From Fimicolochytrium jonesii (taxonomy: Eukaryota): a stretch of DNA of 64,000 nucleotides. The stretch is taken from positions 1,364,001-1,428,000 of the forward strand of contig NW_026515670.1 of the NCBI RefSeq assembly GCF_025526975.1, written 5' to 3'. The translations under genes were made by a program, and so were the position numbers. This document shows, in pieces, positions 24,966-36,033 of this stretch; the first letter of the stretch is position 1; each line of letters opens with the position of its first letter. Below the pieces are notes generated by a model, which worked only from the letters and a program-made list of their open reading frames with translations, was not told the DNA's origin and did no database searches.

Positions 24966-25518
24966 TCAAGAAGCAGCTTTGGCAGCAATATCCTTCTCCT
25001 CATCCGTCGTCCGATCATCATTCCACCACATCCCCCGCTTCAAACCCGACTGGCCTCCATACGGAGTCGGCTGTTTGTAGATTCGCGTTGGTTCATGCCT
25101 ACGTTGATAGATCTCTGATTAGACTGGGCGCTCTTTCACTTTCCCACGGCATGATGTTTTAGGCCCCACATACCCAGGCTGCGACCAGAAACAACTAAAT
25201 ATCAATTTGAAAGTCCGCCCTGCGTCGGTGAATGGTATCGTGGTGGACGCGACCATGAAGTCTTCGATGTGGCCGTTGCAGCGGTGCGGTCGCACTTTTT
25301 CTATCTTTTGCCACGCCCTACAGAAGAGTTATATTCTTTAGCTACATGGTTTGTGAGCGAGCAGCGCTGAAGGTAATTATAGAGAGGAGAGCGTTCACTT
25401 ACCCTGGGCCGAACTTGGCTTCTACGACTCGCTTCCGGTCAGCAAAAGCCTCGACGGTGGACATGACTGGCGGGTCGTGATGTGCTGGCGGGTGGTGAGG
25501 TGGGTCTTGGGAAGACAT
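24966..25518 (-). CDS. Small uncharacterised protein (~130 aa, 3 exons)
   Basis: GG|GTAAGT and GG|GTATGT donors with TAG acceptors give one continuous frame MSSQDPPHH..KFGPGAWQKIEKVRPHRCNGHIEDF..SCFWSQPGHEPTRIYKQPTPYGG..DIAAKAAS*. Confidence 0.6.
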
Positions 25519-25845
25519 TGTGTTGCGACAGTCTGGAAGTTGAATAACGAACGAACTGAAGCAATTCGGCAGAATTGGACTTTGAACGAGGAACATGCCC
25601 AGAGTTCCCAGACGAATGTTGTGTTGAGACGCAGTTGAGACGCGTTAAAAGGAGGAGGTTGCTCAATTTACGAGAATTACGGCTGGGAAATCCCACTGCG
25701 AAGCCGCAGATAAGTGGCTTGCGTACCGTAGATAGAAAGTCGGTCTGCGCAGGATCCCACACGGCATACGAAGTGGGCCTTGAAAATGGCAAAGAAGCGG
25801 AAAGTGCCCGGCTCTTCGCGGGAAAGCCCTAGCCCATCCCCCCAA

Positions 25846-27978
25846 ATGGCAGCGGAAAGCGTGGCCGCGTAAGTTTACCGAAGAAGTAGTGAAGCGTACG
25901 ATGTAAGTCGTATGGCTTTCATAGGAACCTGTGCGGAGCAGGCTTTGCCTTTCGGGATCGTTAGCGTTGCAGCTGTAGATAACGTCTAATGGTTTCCTCG
26001 ACTCCAGACACCAGCGAATAGAATCGCACAAAGCAGCAGACCACGGACCGTCCGTCTCCGCCCCTAACGGCGTAGTAGGGCAGTGGTTCAATCTCTTACA
26101 TAGCACGAGCAGCGCACATCTTGCCCTATTCTCGACGTGCCTGTTCGCTCTGTTTGTTCGATGGGCGGTTTCCCTGAACGGATACTCGGGCCAGGGTGTC
26201 CCTCCGCTGCACGGCGATTTTGAGGCCCAACGACACTGGCTGGAGGTCACGGTGAATCTGCCGCCACGCGAGTGGTATAGGCATGATCTGAAATATTGGG
26301 GGCTGGACTACCCTCTGTTGACGGCGTATCACAGCTGGATCTTGGGATACATGTGAGTTGATGTTTTCAGGCCAAGAAAGAGGGCTGCTTGACATCCGGT
26401 GTGTGCCCGCGGGTGTTGTTTCCGCTTCGAGACCTTACTGAACGTCTTGCATCAGCGCAAAGAAGATGAATCCTGCATGGGTGGAACTTTACACATCCCG
26501 AGGACACGAGAGTGAACCCCTCAAAATCTTCATGCGGGCCACCGTGCTTATTTCGGAGATCTTGATTTACTTCCCAGCTGTCGTGTACTTCGTGGCCATT
26601 TGGGTCCCGCGGTCGCAGTGGCAGTGGTTGCAGAGGGTGAGCTTTCCCAGCTAACTCTCTGCTTTAAACTACATGTTTGCTTATCTCCCGTTGCTTGCCG
26701 TGGGCCAGAACGTGCTCACATTTCTGATCCTGCTTCAACCTGCCCTCATTCTGATCGACCATGGACACTTCCAATACAACTCGATCATGTTGGGGTTCGC
26801 ATTATGGGCGATCGTAATGCTCATGACAGATCGCTTGGTCCTGGGAAGCATCTTCTTTGTGCTCGCGTTGAACTTCAAGCAAATGGCCCTGTTCTATGCC
26901 ATACCGGTGTTCTTTTTCATTCTTGGAAAATGCGTCAAGGGCCCGCGAGGGTGAGAAAGATATCAGGGTATGCGTACTCTCCAGGATACTTATCCAGATA
27001 ACTTTACCCCATAGATTCTTTATGTTAATCAAAGTTGGGCTCACGGTCATCGCCACCTTCGCCATCGTCTTCTCCATTTATTTCGATTCCATCGACGATG
27101 TTCTGCAAGTCGTTCGTCGCGTCTTCCCCGTCGAGCGCGGACTGTACGAGGACAAAGTGGCTAATGTTTGGTGCGCCATAAGCGTTGTGATCAAGCTACG
27201 ACAGATCTTTCAACCCCACCAGTTGGTGTATCTCAGGTGCGTTGCTTGATGTCTACCTCCGTGGACATGCGGTACAGACAAAGACGATGAATTATCTCTT
27301 GCAGCTTGGCATCAACCCTCGCAGCGGTTCTGCCCTCCAGCATCCACCTCTTCCTCAACCCATCCCCGAAGCTGCTCCCATACGCGATGCTCAATACATC
27401 CCTGGGCTTCTTCCTCTTCGCTTTCCAAGTCCACGAGAAGTCCATCCTTCTGCCGTTGTTACCCGCTACGCTTCTGATACTGGACGACCCCCCGGCGGCT
27501 GCTCTTTTCAACTCCGTGGCTGTTTTTAGGTGAGCCGTCGAGGAGGCGGGGAACAGCGGTGTTGAATGACGGGGTGACTGATCATTCAGTTCATAGCATG
27601 TTCCCGTTGCTCTACCGAGACGGACTAGCTCTGCCGTACGTGGTTCTCTCCCTCTTCTGGATCGGCGTCACTTTGTTCATGTGGAGAAGCGCAAATTTGA
27701 CTTGGAAGGTCTCCTCTGCGGTAAGGACTGCTGGACCTTGATTACACCTTGGCCATTTACTTACGCCGGGATACCCCACATCACAGGTGGTGTACTTGGC
27801 AATCATCGCCATCCATATTCTCGAATTGACCGTCCCGCCACGAAAGTCGCTCCCAGATGTCTATGTCATGGCCAATGTCGGCTTGTGTACAGCGGTTTTC
27901 GGCGTACTGCTGGTGTATTTCAACTATAGGCAGATGTTCGACTCTCCACACACAGTCAAGAAGCTGAAGAGAGGGTAG
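25846..27978 (+). CDS. ALG6: Dolichyl-PP-Man9GlcNAc2 alpha-1,3-glucosyltransferase
   Basis: [99 protein letters not shown]-terminal KxKxx ER-retrieval signal (KLKRG). Confidence 0.95.
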
Positions 27979-28131
27979 CGTAGTACGAAGGACCTCGGAG
28001 AGCAATTGTAGACAGATAGATCCATCAACACAGCATCTTCGCGTTGTGCTCGCCATCAAGATAAATTACGAAAAGCTGCTCAAACCAAGGTCTAAACGTC
28101 CATCTAGATTATGCCTAATATATACGCCTAC

Positions 28132-29207
28132 TCAGATCTGAGAATCTACTGCTGGTTCGCTAGAAGCCGGCACCTCCTCTGCCTTTTCCTCGCTCTCATT
28201 CTCATCCTCATCGTCTTTATCCTCATCGTCCGACTCTACAATGCCATCAATAACTTCCACATCCGCCATATCAGAGAACTGCGAGATTCCCGACGGGTCC
28301 ACCACCACGCAGGACCACGGGACGGGCACGTCCAACAGGTCGTTCAGAGAGCCGATGCAGTCGGCGATTTTTTCGCCGTGGTCGTTCGAGACAGGGACTG
28401 TCCGGAGATGCCCGGCTAGTTCGAAAACGCTGTTTCCGATGTGGTTGCTGGAAATCGAAGATTATGTTATGACTTGGTGAGTGGATGGAAGGTGGGGAAA
28501 ATGGACGTACTAGATGGAATCTATCCGCTTGACGCCGTTCCTCTGGATCGCAAACTCCATCTCCGGCACCTGCAATGCCGCATCTGACAAAATCCATACA
28601 ACATTAGCCTTTGGTCGAGTCGGAGGGAACGCGTCCCTCGCAAAGAGGATCTCCCCATGCAGCCATATGAAATGGATACGCACAAGGACTCTTCAGCAAA
28701 ACATTCCACAATTGCGACCGATCAGTGATTCGCAGCTTCAGCGTCCGTGGTTTCCAGTCTTTCTGATCCGGCTCCGGCAAGACTTTAAAGCGCACGAGCC
28801 CTGCATCGTCACGCAATGTCTCTACGTCCGGGAGAGTGTTCAGAAGCTCCGTGAATGTTCCTCCTAGAGCGTCTTTGAACTCTTCCATGTCCTACGAAGG
28901 GACGGGTCAGATAAAGCCGCGGAAAGAGCGGGTGTGCTCCAAAAGACAGATGCAATGACGTGCACCCCTTCAAACGATATCGAGGCTTTGACGTCTTTGT
29001 AGCCTGGTCCTGCTCCACACCACCTCCGCTCTCCCCACCCACCTCATATCCCAATTCCCGGCAAAGGAGTTCAGCGATGGGATCTGAAGGGAGCCATTCT
29101 ACGTTGGCGAGAGTATACGCCTTTTCCAATTCCTCAATGATCCGGGACACCTCCTGATGCGACAGGTTGAGCTTCACTGAGGAGTCGGTGGGGAGCGGGA
29201 TACCCAT
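28132..29207 (-). CDS. ZPR1 A/B-domain-like protein lacking zinc fingers (4 exons)
   Basis: Spliced product contains RTLKLRITDRSQLWNVLLKSPYAALQVPEMEFAI..RIDSIYNHI..KIADCIGSLNDLLDVPVPWSCVVVDPSGIS, resembling the ZPR1 KS..A.i.iPEl.fei / l.DPSGNS motifs; no CxxC pairs. Confidence 0.6.
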
Positions 29208-29911
29208 GGCGGCTGTCGCTGGTGGTGAAGGAGAATGCCTCTTGTCGGGTAAGTGTGCAAAGTCGCAAGCTGGGAAGTTGGACGTCAAGACGTCCAAGAC
29301 GTTCAAGACGTGAAGTGATTTGTCATTCCATTCGGTGGTCTTCCGTCACGTGACAGCTTTATGTTCTCGACGAGCTCAGGAATCTTGCCGCCTACCCACC
29401 CTATGGCTCCCCCGAATGCTGGCCACTGCTGGGTGAATCACGATGTTCTGCTTCAAAGATGGCACCCCGCACACTGTCCGGATAGGGGATTTAGGTATTT
29501 ATGCGACAAAATGCGTGCCTGCTGCAAAGTTTGGCTTCAAGTTCCTCCACGCTCTGAAAGCGGCGGCCATAGTGGGAGGCGAGTATCGACGAAGTGGTAA
29601 AGAACTCATTGATATCGTGAGCAGTGGTGGAGACTCCGCACCGACCCTGTTGACCTTACTCAGTCGTTTGAGGTCCCGTCGAAGCTGGAGTCGCCCACCG
29701 CGTTCGGTTGACATAAGCGGAACGCGGGCAGCAAAAGCAGAATACGAAATCACTGCAGAGACACGTGACTGGCTATGACTGTAGAAGCAATGGAAGCTGA
29801 TCGAAGGAGGAACACAAGGTGACACGGATTGCGGGCAGTTAGCATGACTGTGCCTCTTTTTTGGGTGTGGCGCAGGGATCCGAGGAATCTCGAGAGCTTC
29901 CCCGCAACGTC

Positions 29912-29919
29912 TATAAAAG
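29912..29919 (+). promoter_or_regulatory. TATA box of the U1 snRNA gene
   Basis: TATAAAAG starting 41 nt upstream of the U1 5' end. Confidence 0.7.
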
Positions 29920-29952
29920 GGAGGCCTGCCCAGCATCCCTTTGAGTTCCTGC

Positions 29953-30112
29953 ATACTTACCTGACTCACGGCTTCGTGTGATCAAGAAGGCACGGCCGGA
30001 TTGAGGCTCGTCGGCATTGCACAACCGTTCGATGGCCTTGGTTCACCTGGCCCTTCGGGGTCAGCGTGGGGGTATAATTTTTGGTGGTGGGAGAGGTTTC
30101 GGCCTTCTCCTG
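29953..30112 (+). ncRNA. U1: U1 spliceosomal snRNA (~160 nt, metazoan-like size)
   Basis: 5' ATACTTACCTG (splice-donor pairing); loop I GATCAAGAAG (U1-70K site); loop II ATTGCAC (U1A site); stem III CTGGCCC-TTCG-GGGTCAG; Sm site AATTTTTG; terminal stem GGGAGAGG-TTTCGG-CCTTCTCC. Confidence 0.96.
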
Positions 30113-30942
30113 AAAATTTAATAAAAGGCAGAAAACCCATGAATTGATGGTGTAGTGTTTGGGAGTTTTCTCGTCGGTGAAATATCCTCCATGCGTCTGC
30201 GTTGCGATCCGTACAGTGTACGATCCCGACCGAAGATGCGATTGCCTCTCTGTCGTGAGCAGGCTTGGTGATGCAATAGTACGTTTGGTGATGCAACAGT
30301 GCTTAGGAGCGATCCTTTCGTCATCACCTCGGTACGACATTTCTTTTGCGGGAGGAGATGTGGGACACGATAGGGGTGCATGGAAGGGTGAAAGTGGACT
30401 GGGCGAGTTACCTTTGTAAGCTAAAACAGGTGGGGTGGAACATCATTGGAGGAGGGTATACACAAATTCGGCGGACTCCGGCGAAGACTACGGAGTCGAG
30501 TCGCCCCGGCTGAATATATGATATCTTGCACGATGGGGCCGAACCATCCGAATATTTACATAATTATATGCCAGTATACATATCGCTGCACGGTTATTCT
30601 ATCGGCCAAATATGGCTCTACTCTATGCAAATGATGTCTCGATCCGCTAGGAAACCATTGAAAATCCTGGACCCCGTAGCTGCCGTTGTTGAGACAAATA
30701 CGTGCTAGATGTGCCGATGGGCTTTCGATGGGACATCTTCGGGGATATCGGTTCTCGGTCGCTTCAATGGCGTTGCGGATGCGGGGGGGGGAGATAGCAT
30801 CCAAGTCAGTGGGGATATTTGTAATGAAGGTCGCTGTCTTCGCTCGGGGAGCAGTTTGCTCCCTGGGCCCTATGTCGGCAGAAAGGTATGGGCGGTGCAG
30901 AGGGCGTCGGAAGAATTGTGAATCGATGGCGACGAGTAGACG

Positions 30943-32103
30943 CTACGCCTTGACTATCACAGCCGCATCACCCTCCTGCTTTGCAAGCAGCACAGGCTCC
31001 AGCGGCACAAGCAGCGGCATCCTCAACGGCAGATCCGCTCTTACGCCCGGCTGCTCCGCCACATACTCCTCAAACGGATGCGCCGCCTCCACCCTCAACG
31101 TCTCCTCCTTAAACGGCATCTCGATCTTCCAAGCGTGCAACATCGTCCTGAACGCAGTCGGATCGTCCAACGTCCGCGGATCGTAAGCAGGATCGCCAAT
31201 GATCGGATGGCCGATGGACAGCATGTGCACGCGAAGCTGATGGCGGCGACCTGTATGTGGGGTCAGCATAACAAGGGTGACGGGTAAAGTGTGGAAGTAG
31301 CCCGTTTTGAGGACCTCCACATGTGTTTCGCAGGGTTTGCCTTCGGATCCTTCAGCGACGCAGACCCCGTTTCGATTCGAAGGCACGCTTTTGTCGATTA
31401 GGGGCGTGTAGATGGCGAACTTGCCCTGTTTTGTCATGTGCCCGCGGACGATGGCGGCGTAGGTCTTTGTGAGAGTGCGAGCCACAAACAGTTTGCCGGC
31501 TAGTCCGGCGGCTTTCCTGTTCAGGCCCCAGCAGTGCACCCCACTCGTCACGTAATCCAATTGGTGCAGTAGATGTAGTTTCGGATGTTGTGGGAACTGC
31601 TTGTACAGAAGAGACTCCTCAGTCGGACAGGACTCGGTGTCCCCATCTATCCGCAGATCCCAGGGTTTGTTAGTGATGAGATACGTTTCGGGGTTGTAGT
31701 AGAGAACGTCGATGTCGTAGGTGCGCATGTATCGAGGGTCGTGGCCCTGTATCGTTATTGGTGGATTGGGCATGGGGCTAAGCGCATCATTCTGCATTTC
31801 GTCAAAGCTTGCAGCTGACGGAGCACCTTCTGTTCTCTTTTCAGAGCCCTTCCCTACTACTTCCTGAACAGTAACTTTCGCTCGTCCCTTGACGTCTTCA
31901 CCCACAGTCTTCGTCCGGACCACCTTGTCAACTAAGGCTAGTGAATCCAAGACTTCCCCACAGCCTCTGACCTCACCGAGTCGACCCGCCAGCAGCGCTG
32001 AATTAACCTCGTCCTCTGTCTCCGGTGTCGCGGTCGGTGTCGTGGACACATTTTCGGCCGCGACCGTATCGAACACGGGGTGCATCGCTTCTTCTATCAG
32101 CAT
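30943..32103 (-). CDS. RluA-family RNA pseudouridine synthase (RPUSD1-like), intronless
   Basis: NKPWDLRIDG, catalytic HQLDYVTSG, KTYAAIVRG, PHTGRRHQLRVHMLSIGHPIIGDPAY, RTMLHAW. Confidence 0.9.
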   Translation of the reverse strand: MLIEEAMHPVFDTVAAENVSTTPTATPETEDEVNSALLAGRLGEVRGCGEVLDSLALVDKVVRTKTVGEDVKGRAKVTVQEVVGKGSEKRTEGAPSAASFDEMQNDALSPMPNPPITIQGHDPRYMRTYDIDVLYYNPETYLITNKPWDLRIDGDTESCPTEESLLYKQFPQHPKLHLLHQLDYVTSGVHCWGLNRKAAGLAGKLFVARTLTKTYAAIVRGHMTKQGKFAIYTPLIDKSVPSNRNGVCVAEGSEGKPCETHVEVLKTGYFHTLPVTLVMLTPHTGRRHQLRVHMLSIGHPIIGDPAYDPRTLDDPTAFRTMLHAWKIEMPFKEETLRVEAAHPFEEYVAEQPGVRADLPLRMPLLVPLEPVLLAKQEGDAAVIVKA

Positions 32104-32554
32104 TTTCGTTTATTGAATTCCAAGGGTCGGGAGTGGCTGGTGTTTGCTCTGGAGGCTGGAGGATACAGTACGTTCTCCGCCGCCGAGAGTGTTGGTCTAG
32201 ACAGCCTGGATACGTGCGAGCTGAGGGAGGGCCGTTCTGCTGCAGGTCCAAATTGAAAGGAAAGAAGAGTGATGACTCGCCCCTTCAATCCGCACGCGTT
32301 CGCAATGGCCTTCCCCCTCCCTGCCTTCCCCGTCGACTACAGCTTCACATAGCCCACGCCTCGTGTGCACTGATACACACAGAGGAGCCCTCAGACCCGC
32401 TGGGAAAACCGTCCGAACAGGTGCTTCTGAATATACAGCGCGTCGTCGCAACTGGGCTCTGCTACTTCTCGTCGCTGGGGCAAAGTCGCGCCAGGTCATG
32501 CTCCTGCACCCTGCAGAGCGTTGCAAAGCCGATCCTTTACGTTACGCCGCCGTC

Positions 32555-35500
32555 ATGTCGCTCATAACAGACCCGGAGTACCTGGTGCGTCCCGCTTGAG
32601 AGACGTCTGCTTGCTGTCTAGTTTGTTTGTCGAAGAATGGGTCACCTTGGCCGCTTCAAGAAGGGTGGTCGCGCGACGGCTATGGGGTTGCATCACGGAC
32701 TCATTTCAGCCTCCCTCCTCGACCACAGATATATCAGATGCGGAAAGCAATGCTGGCCAACGGAGACACATTGTCGGAACGAATCATAACCCTCCCACCG
32801 TTCCCGGATAACGAATACATCAAATGCTCGCTCGCACGAGCAGGAGGAGGAAGCAGTCTAGGGGCGCGCGGAACAATAAGGGAGCGAACAAGGCGACCTG
32901 CGCCGCTGCGAAGCGATTCGAGCTTCGCTACTACGACCACCGCAACAGCATCAGTTTCAGGCAATACACCTCGTCAGGCATTCGAACAGGTCCGGCCGCG
33001 GAGTGCGTCACGGAGGACTCGTGCGGCACCGGATGGTGAGCAGGCGGACTTGAGGGTGCTTCTTCCAGAGGCGGGACGGGCATCAGAAGCGAGAAATGCC
33101 CATGGGGAGGGGGTCGGCGAGGCGACACATGAGAACCCCCCAGTCGAACATAAGCCCAGAGACCCGCTAAGACACTCCCGACCGCCGCCCGACTTTGCGA
33201 ATGACGGCGAACCAAACGAGACATCAGCGAATGAAGTCGTCCACGAGCAGCGATTAGCCACGATAGAGATGTTGAAGCATAGACTACAGCAGATGCAGAC
33301 TGGGGAACATACGTTGAGGCCAACTGGGGAAAGTTCGCAGGTCGGAGCGGAACCTGCGCAGGATTCTCGAATGGAAACGGATGCGGGAGGTGGGAACGAG
33401 ACGGATCCCGATGCAGAGGAGGAATCGATACAAAAAGGATCACACTCTCCTGTACCGTCCACGCTTGTCGATGATCAGGAGGCTACTAGGTATATCGTGA
33501 GATCAGAGCGTCTGAAGTCACATTCTGACGTCAAATCCCGCTAACACCAACGCGTCTGCCCCTTTTCTACAGCAAAGGATCTCCAATCTCCGAATTCATC
33601 TCAGATCCCAGCCAACCGGACGAGTCAGCGCGCGGAACATCGGAACGGGACCAGGTTTCCGAGGAAGAGCCATCGACGTCCAGTAGAAGAGAGGAAGAGG
33701 AGATCGAAATCCACGCAGAGTCCGTGGAGGACCTCGAACCAATACCCGACGAGTACCCACCAGACGCAACACCAGATCAGGATGACGACCCAGCACAACT
33801 AACAGAAGCTTCCACCGAAGCCGTCGAGGACTCCCAATCGGAAGAAGAAGACGTGGAGCCAGAGCCGCCAGCGCCGGCGCCCGCACCTCCACCGGATCTG
33901 TTTGAAAAGAAGAAACTGCCCGTGTATAAAGTACCCGAAGAGCATGGGCTGAGACGGCAGTATTCGAGATTAGGGACGCCGTCTGTCCCGATTGTGCCCA
34001 AACCCGTCTCGGCCCTCACTGCTTTGTTCCAGGAGCAGAACCGGTCAGATAATCCTTTCGCAAAGGATTACAGCTATTTCGTACGTATCTCCATCCCCAA
34101 TGTAGCAACTCTTCACAACGTGGTATAATCACAGGCTAACCCGCCCTCCCCACGCAGTCCGGAAAAGGCAACGCAGACCCCATCCAGCTCAAAATCTTCA
34201 TCCCAATGAGCGACGACCCCGAATCCCCCCTAAGCATCTCGGTCCTCCGCGACGCAAGCGTCGAGGAAGTTATCGGCTACGCGCTGTACGAGTACTGGAC
34301 AGAAGGACGGCAGCCGATCATCCCGGCGAATATGCGCGACGTGATTATGTGGAATATGCGCATTGTGGAGGATGATGGGCTTATTGATGAGGATTTTCCT
34401 GGTGAGGAATGTTCGATAGCGGGGGAATGAGTTTGAGTGATGTGGGTTCTAATGAACATTTTCTGTGGTTCGGTAGCGTTGGAGAGGACGAGGAAGATAT
34501 CAAAGTTCGCGTTTGATCAGTTTGCGTTATGCGAGGCGTCTGCTGATCAAGGTACAAAGAGAAACAAATACTTTCTGCACACACACGCCTCCTCCACTAA
34601 CCCCCACCCTCCCTCAGTAAAACTTTACGAAACCAACGCCCGCAAAACCCCCACCTCCAGCACCGACCTCCTCTCCCCCCTCTCCCCCCTCTCCCCCTCC
34701 CGCACAACCACCGTCTTCCTCAAAGTGCACCTCTACTCCACCATCGACGTCAAGCAGACCACCACGATGCCCGTGGCCTCCAACATTCCCCTCGCGGAGA
34801 TATTCGAGAGTATATGTAGAAAGCGGAAATATGATCCGAGCAAGTATGTGTTCAAGATGGCGGATACGCAGACGGATGTGCCACTGGATAAGACGTTGGA
34901 GATGTTGAGGGTTAGCGAGTTGTGTATTTTAAAGAGGGCGGGGGGTGGGGGTATGTACTGGCTTTTCCTCTGGGCGTGGTGTGTTTCTGGGATGGGGCTT
35001 GATTACTAAGGAGTGGATGCCTTTTTTTTTCTAGCGGGAGACGTCTTCCTCCGCCCTCCCGACGAAAAACAAGCCGTCATCGAGCACCCGCACTTCATCG
35101 AGCCGGACGAGTACTCCTCCATGTACAAGGTAACCGCCCCCTCCCCCCCCCCTCCTCCCTCCCCCCCCCCCCCCCCCCCCCCCTTCTCATCCACCACGTA
35201 CTGACATCGTGTTTCTATTTTTTTTAAACAGCAATACAACGTAATCCACAAAGCCTTCATGGGCCGCACCCTCGACCGCATCCTCACCATCGACGGCGAC
35301 CATATCCATATCATGGCGGGTGAACAGAAGAATCTGTTCAATGCTATGAAGACCGTATGTTTTCAAAAATCACCCCCCGGGGGGTATCATCCACATCTTC
35401 ATAGCATTCTGATACCCGAGATTCTTTTTTTTCTCCAGGCATCACACCATATAAGCTCTGTGATATCCTGCAAACCGACGAGCAAAAAGGGGACGAGTTT

Positions 35501-35751
35501 CAAGTTGACCGTGCATACGAATAAGAATGATTCGAGGAGTTATGAGTTGGAGGCTGCGACGGAGAGTGAGGCTGGTGAGCTGTGGTTTCTGTGGGGGGCA
35601 TTGAGGCGGTTGGAGATGGGAGTTTAATTGCCTCTGGGTGGTTAACGACTCGTGTGTCTGCTATCTTCCGTTTGCAGCCGAGATATGCACCAAGATCACC
35701 TTCCTGATACAAATGAACAAACGCGAGAGCGGGATGGGGCGGTTCCGGTGA
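32555..35751 (+). CDS. SIN1: TORC2 subunit Sin1/Avo1 (N-terminal, CRIM, RBD-like and PH domains)
   Basis: MSLITDPEYL|IYQMRK..SERII; CRIM NPFAKDYSYFSGKG..ASVEEVIGYALYEY..WNMRIVEDDGLIDEDFPALERTRKISKFAFDQFALCEA; PH domain RILTIDGDHIHI..SYELEAATESEAAEICTKI. Confidence 0.9.
35136..35183. repeat. Intronic poly-C / CT low-complexity tract
   Basis: Long C runs inside a SIN1 intron. Confidence 0.8.
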
Positions 35752-36033
35752 CGAGGACTCCGACCACCTTGCCCCCGGGCGTCTGCCCTCTCAACCCATC
35801 CCGTCCCGTCATCCCAATTCACATATCCCCCCGACGGGCGAGGATAAAGCCCTGCCCTTCAATCTACCCTTGCATTTGCAAGATGCCCAACTCCCATTTT
35901 TCACCTCTTGAAATCCTGATGCATATACATTGTACAAAATAGGGACATATTACAAGCGGGGTTGAGAGAGTTAACGCCCAATCTACAGTATATATACCCC
36001 CCAGGCTTGTCATGTACTAGCGCCATGCATACA

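Noticed and set aside
29443..29778. 111-aa ORF upstream of U1
   Set aside because: No recognisable motif or splice support; lies in the divergent promoter region
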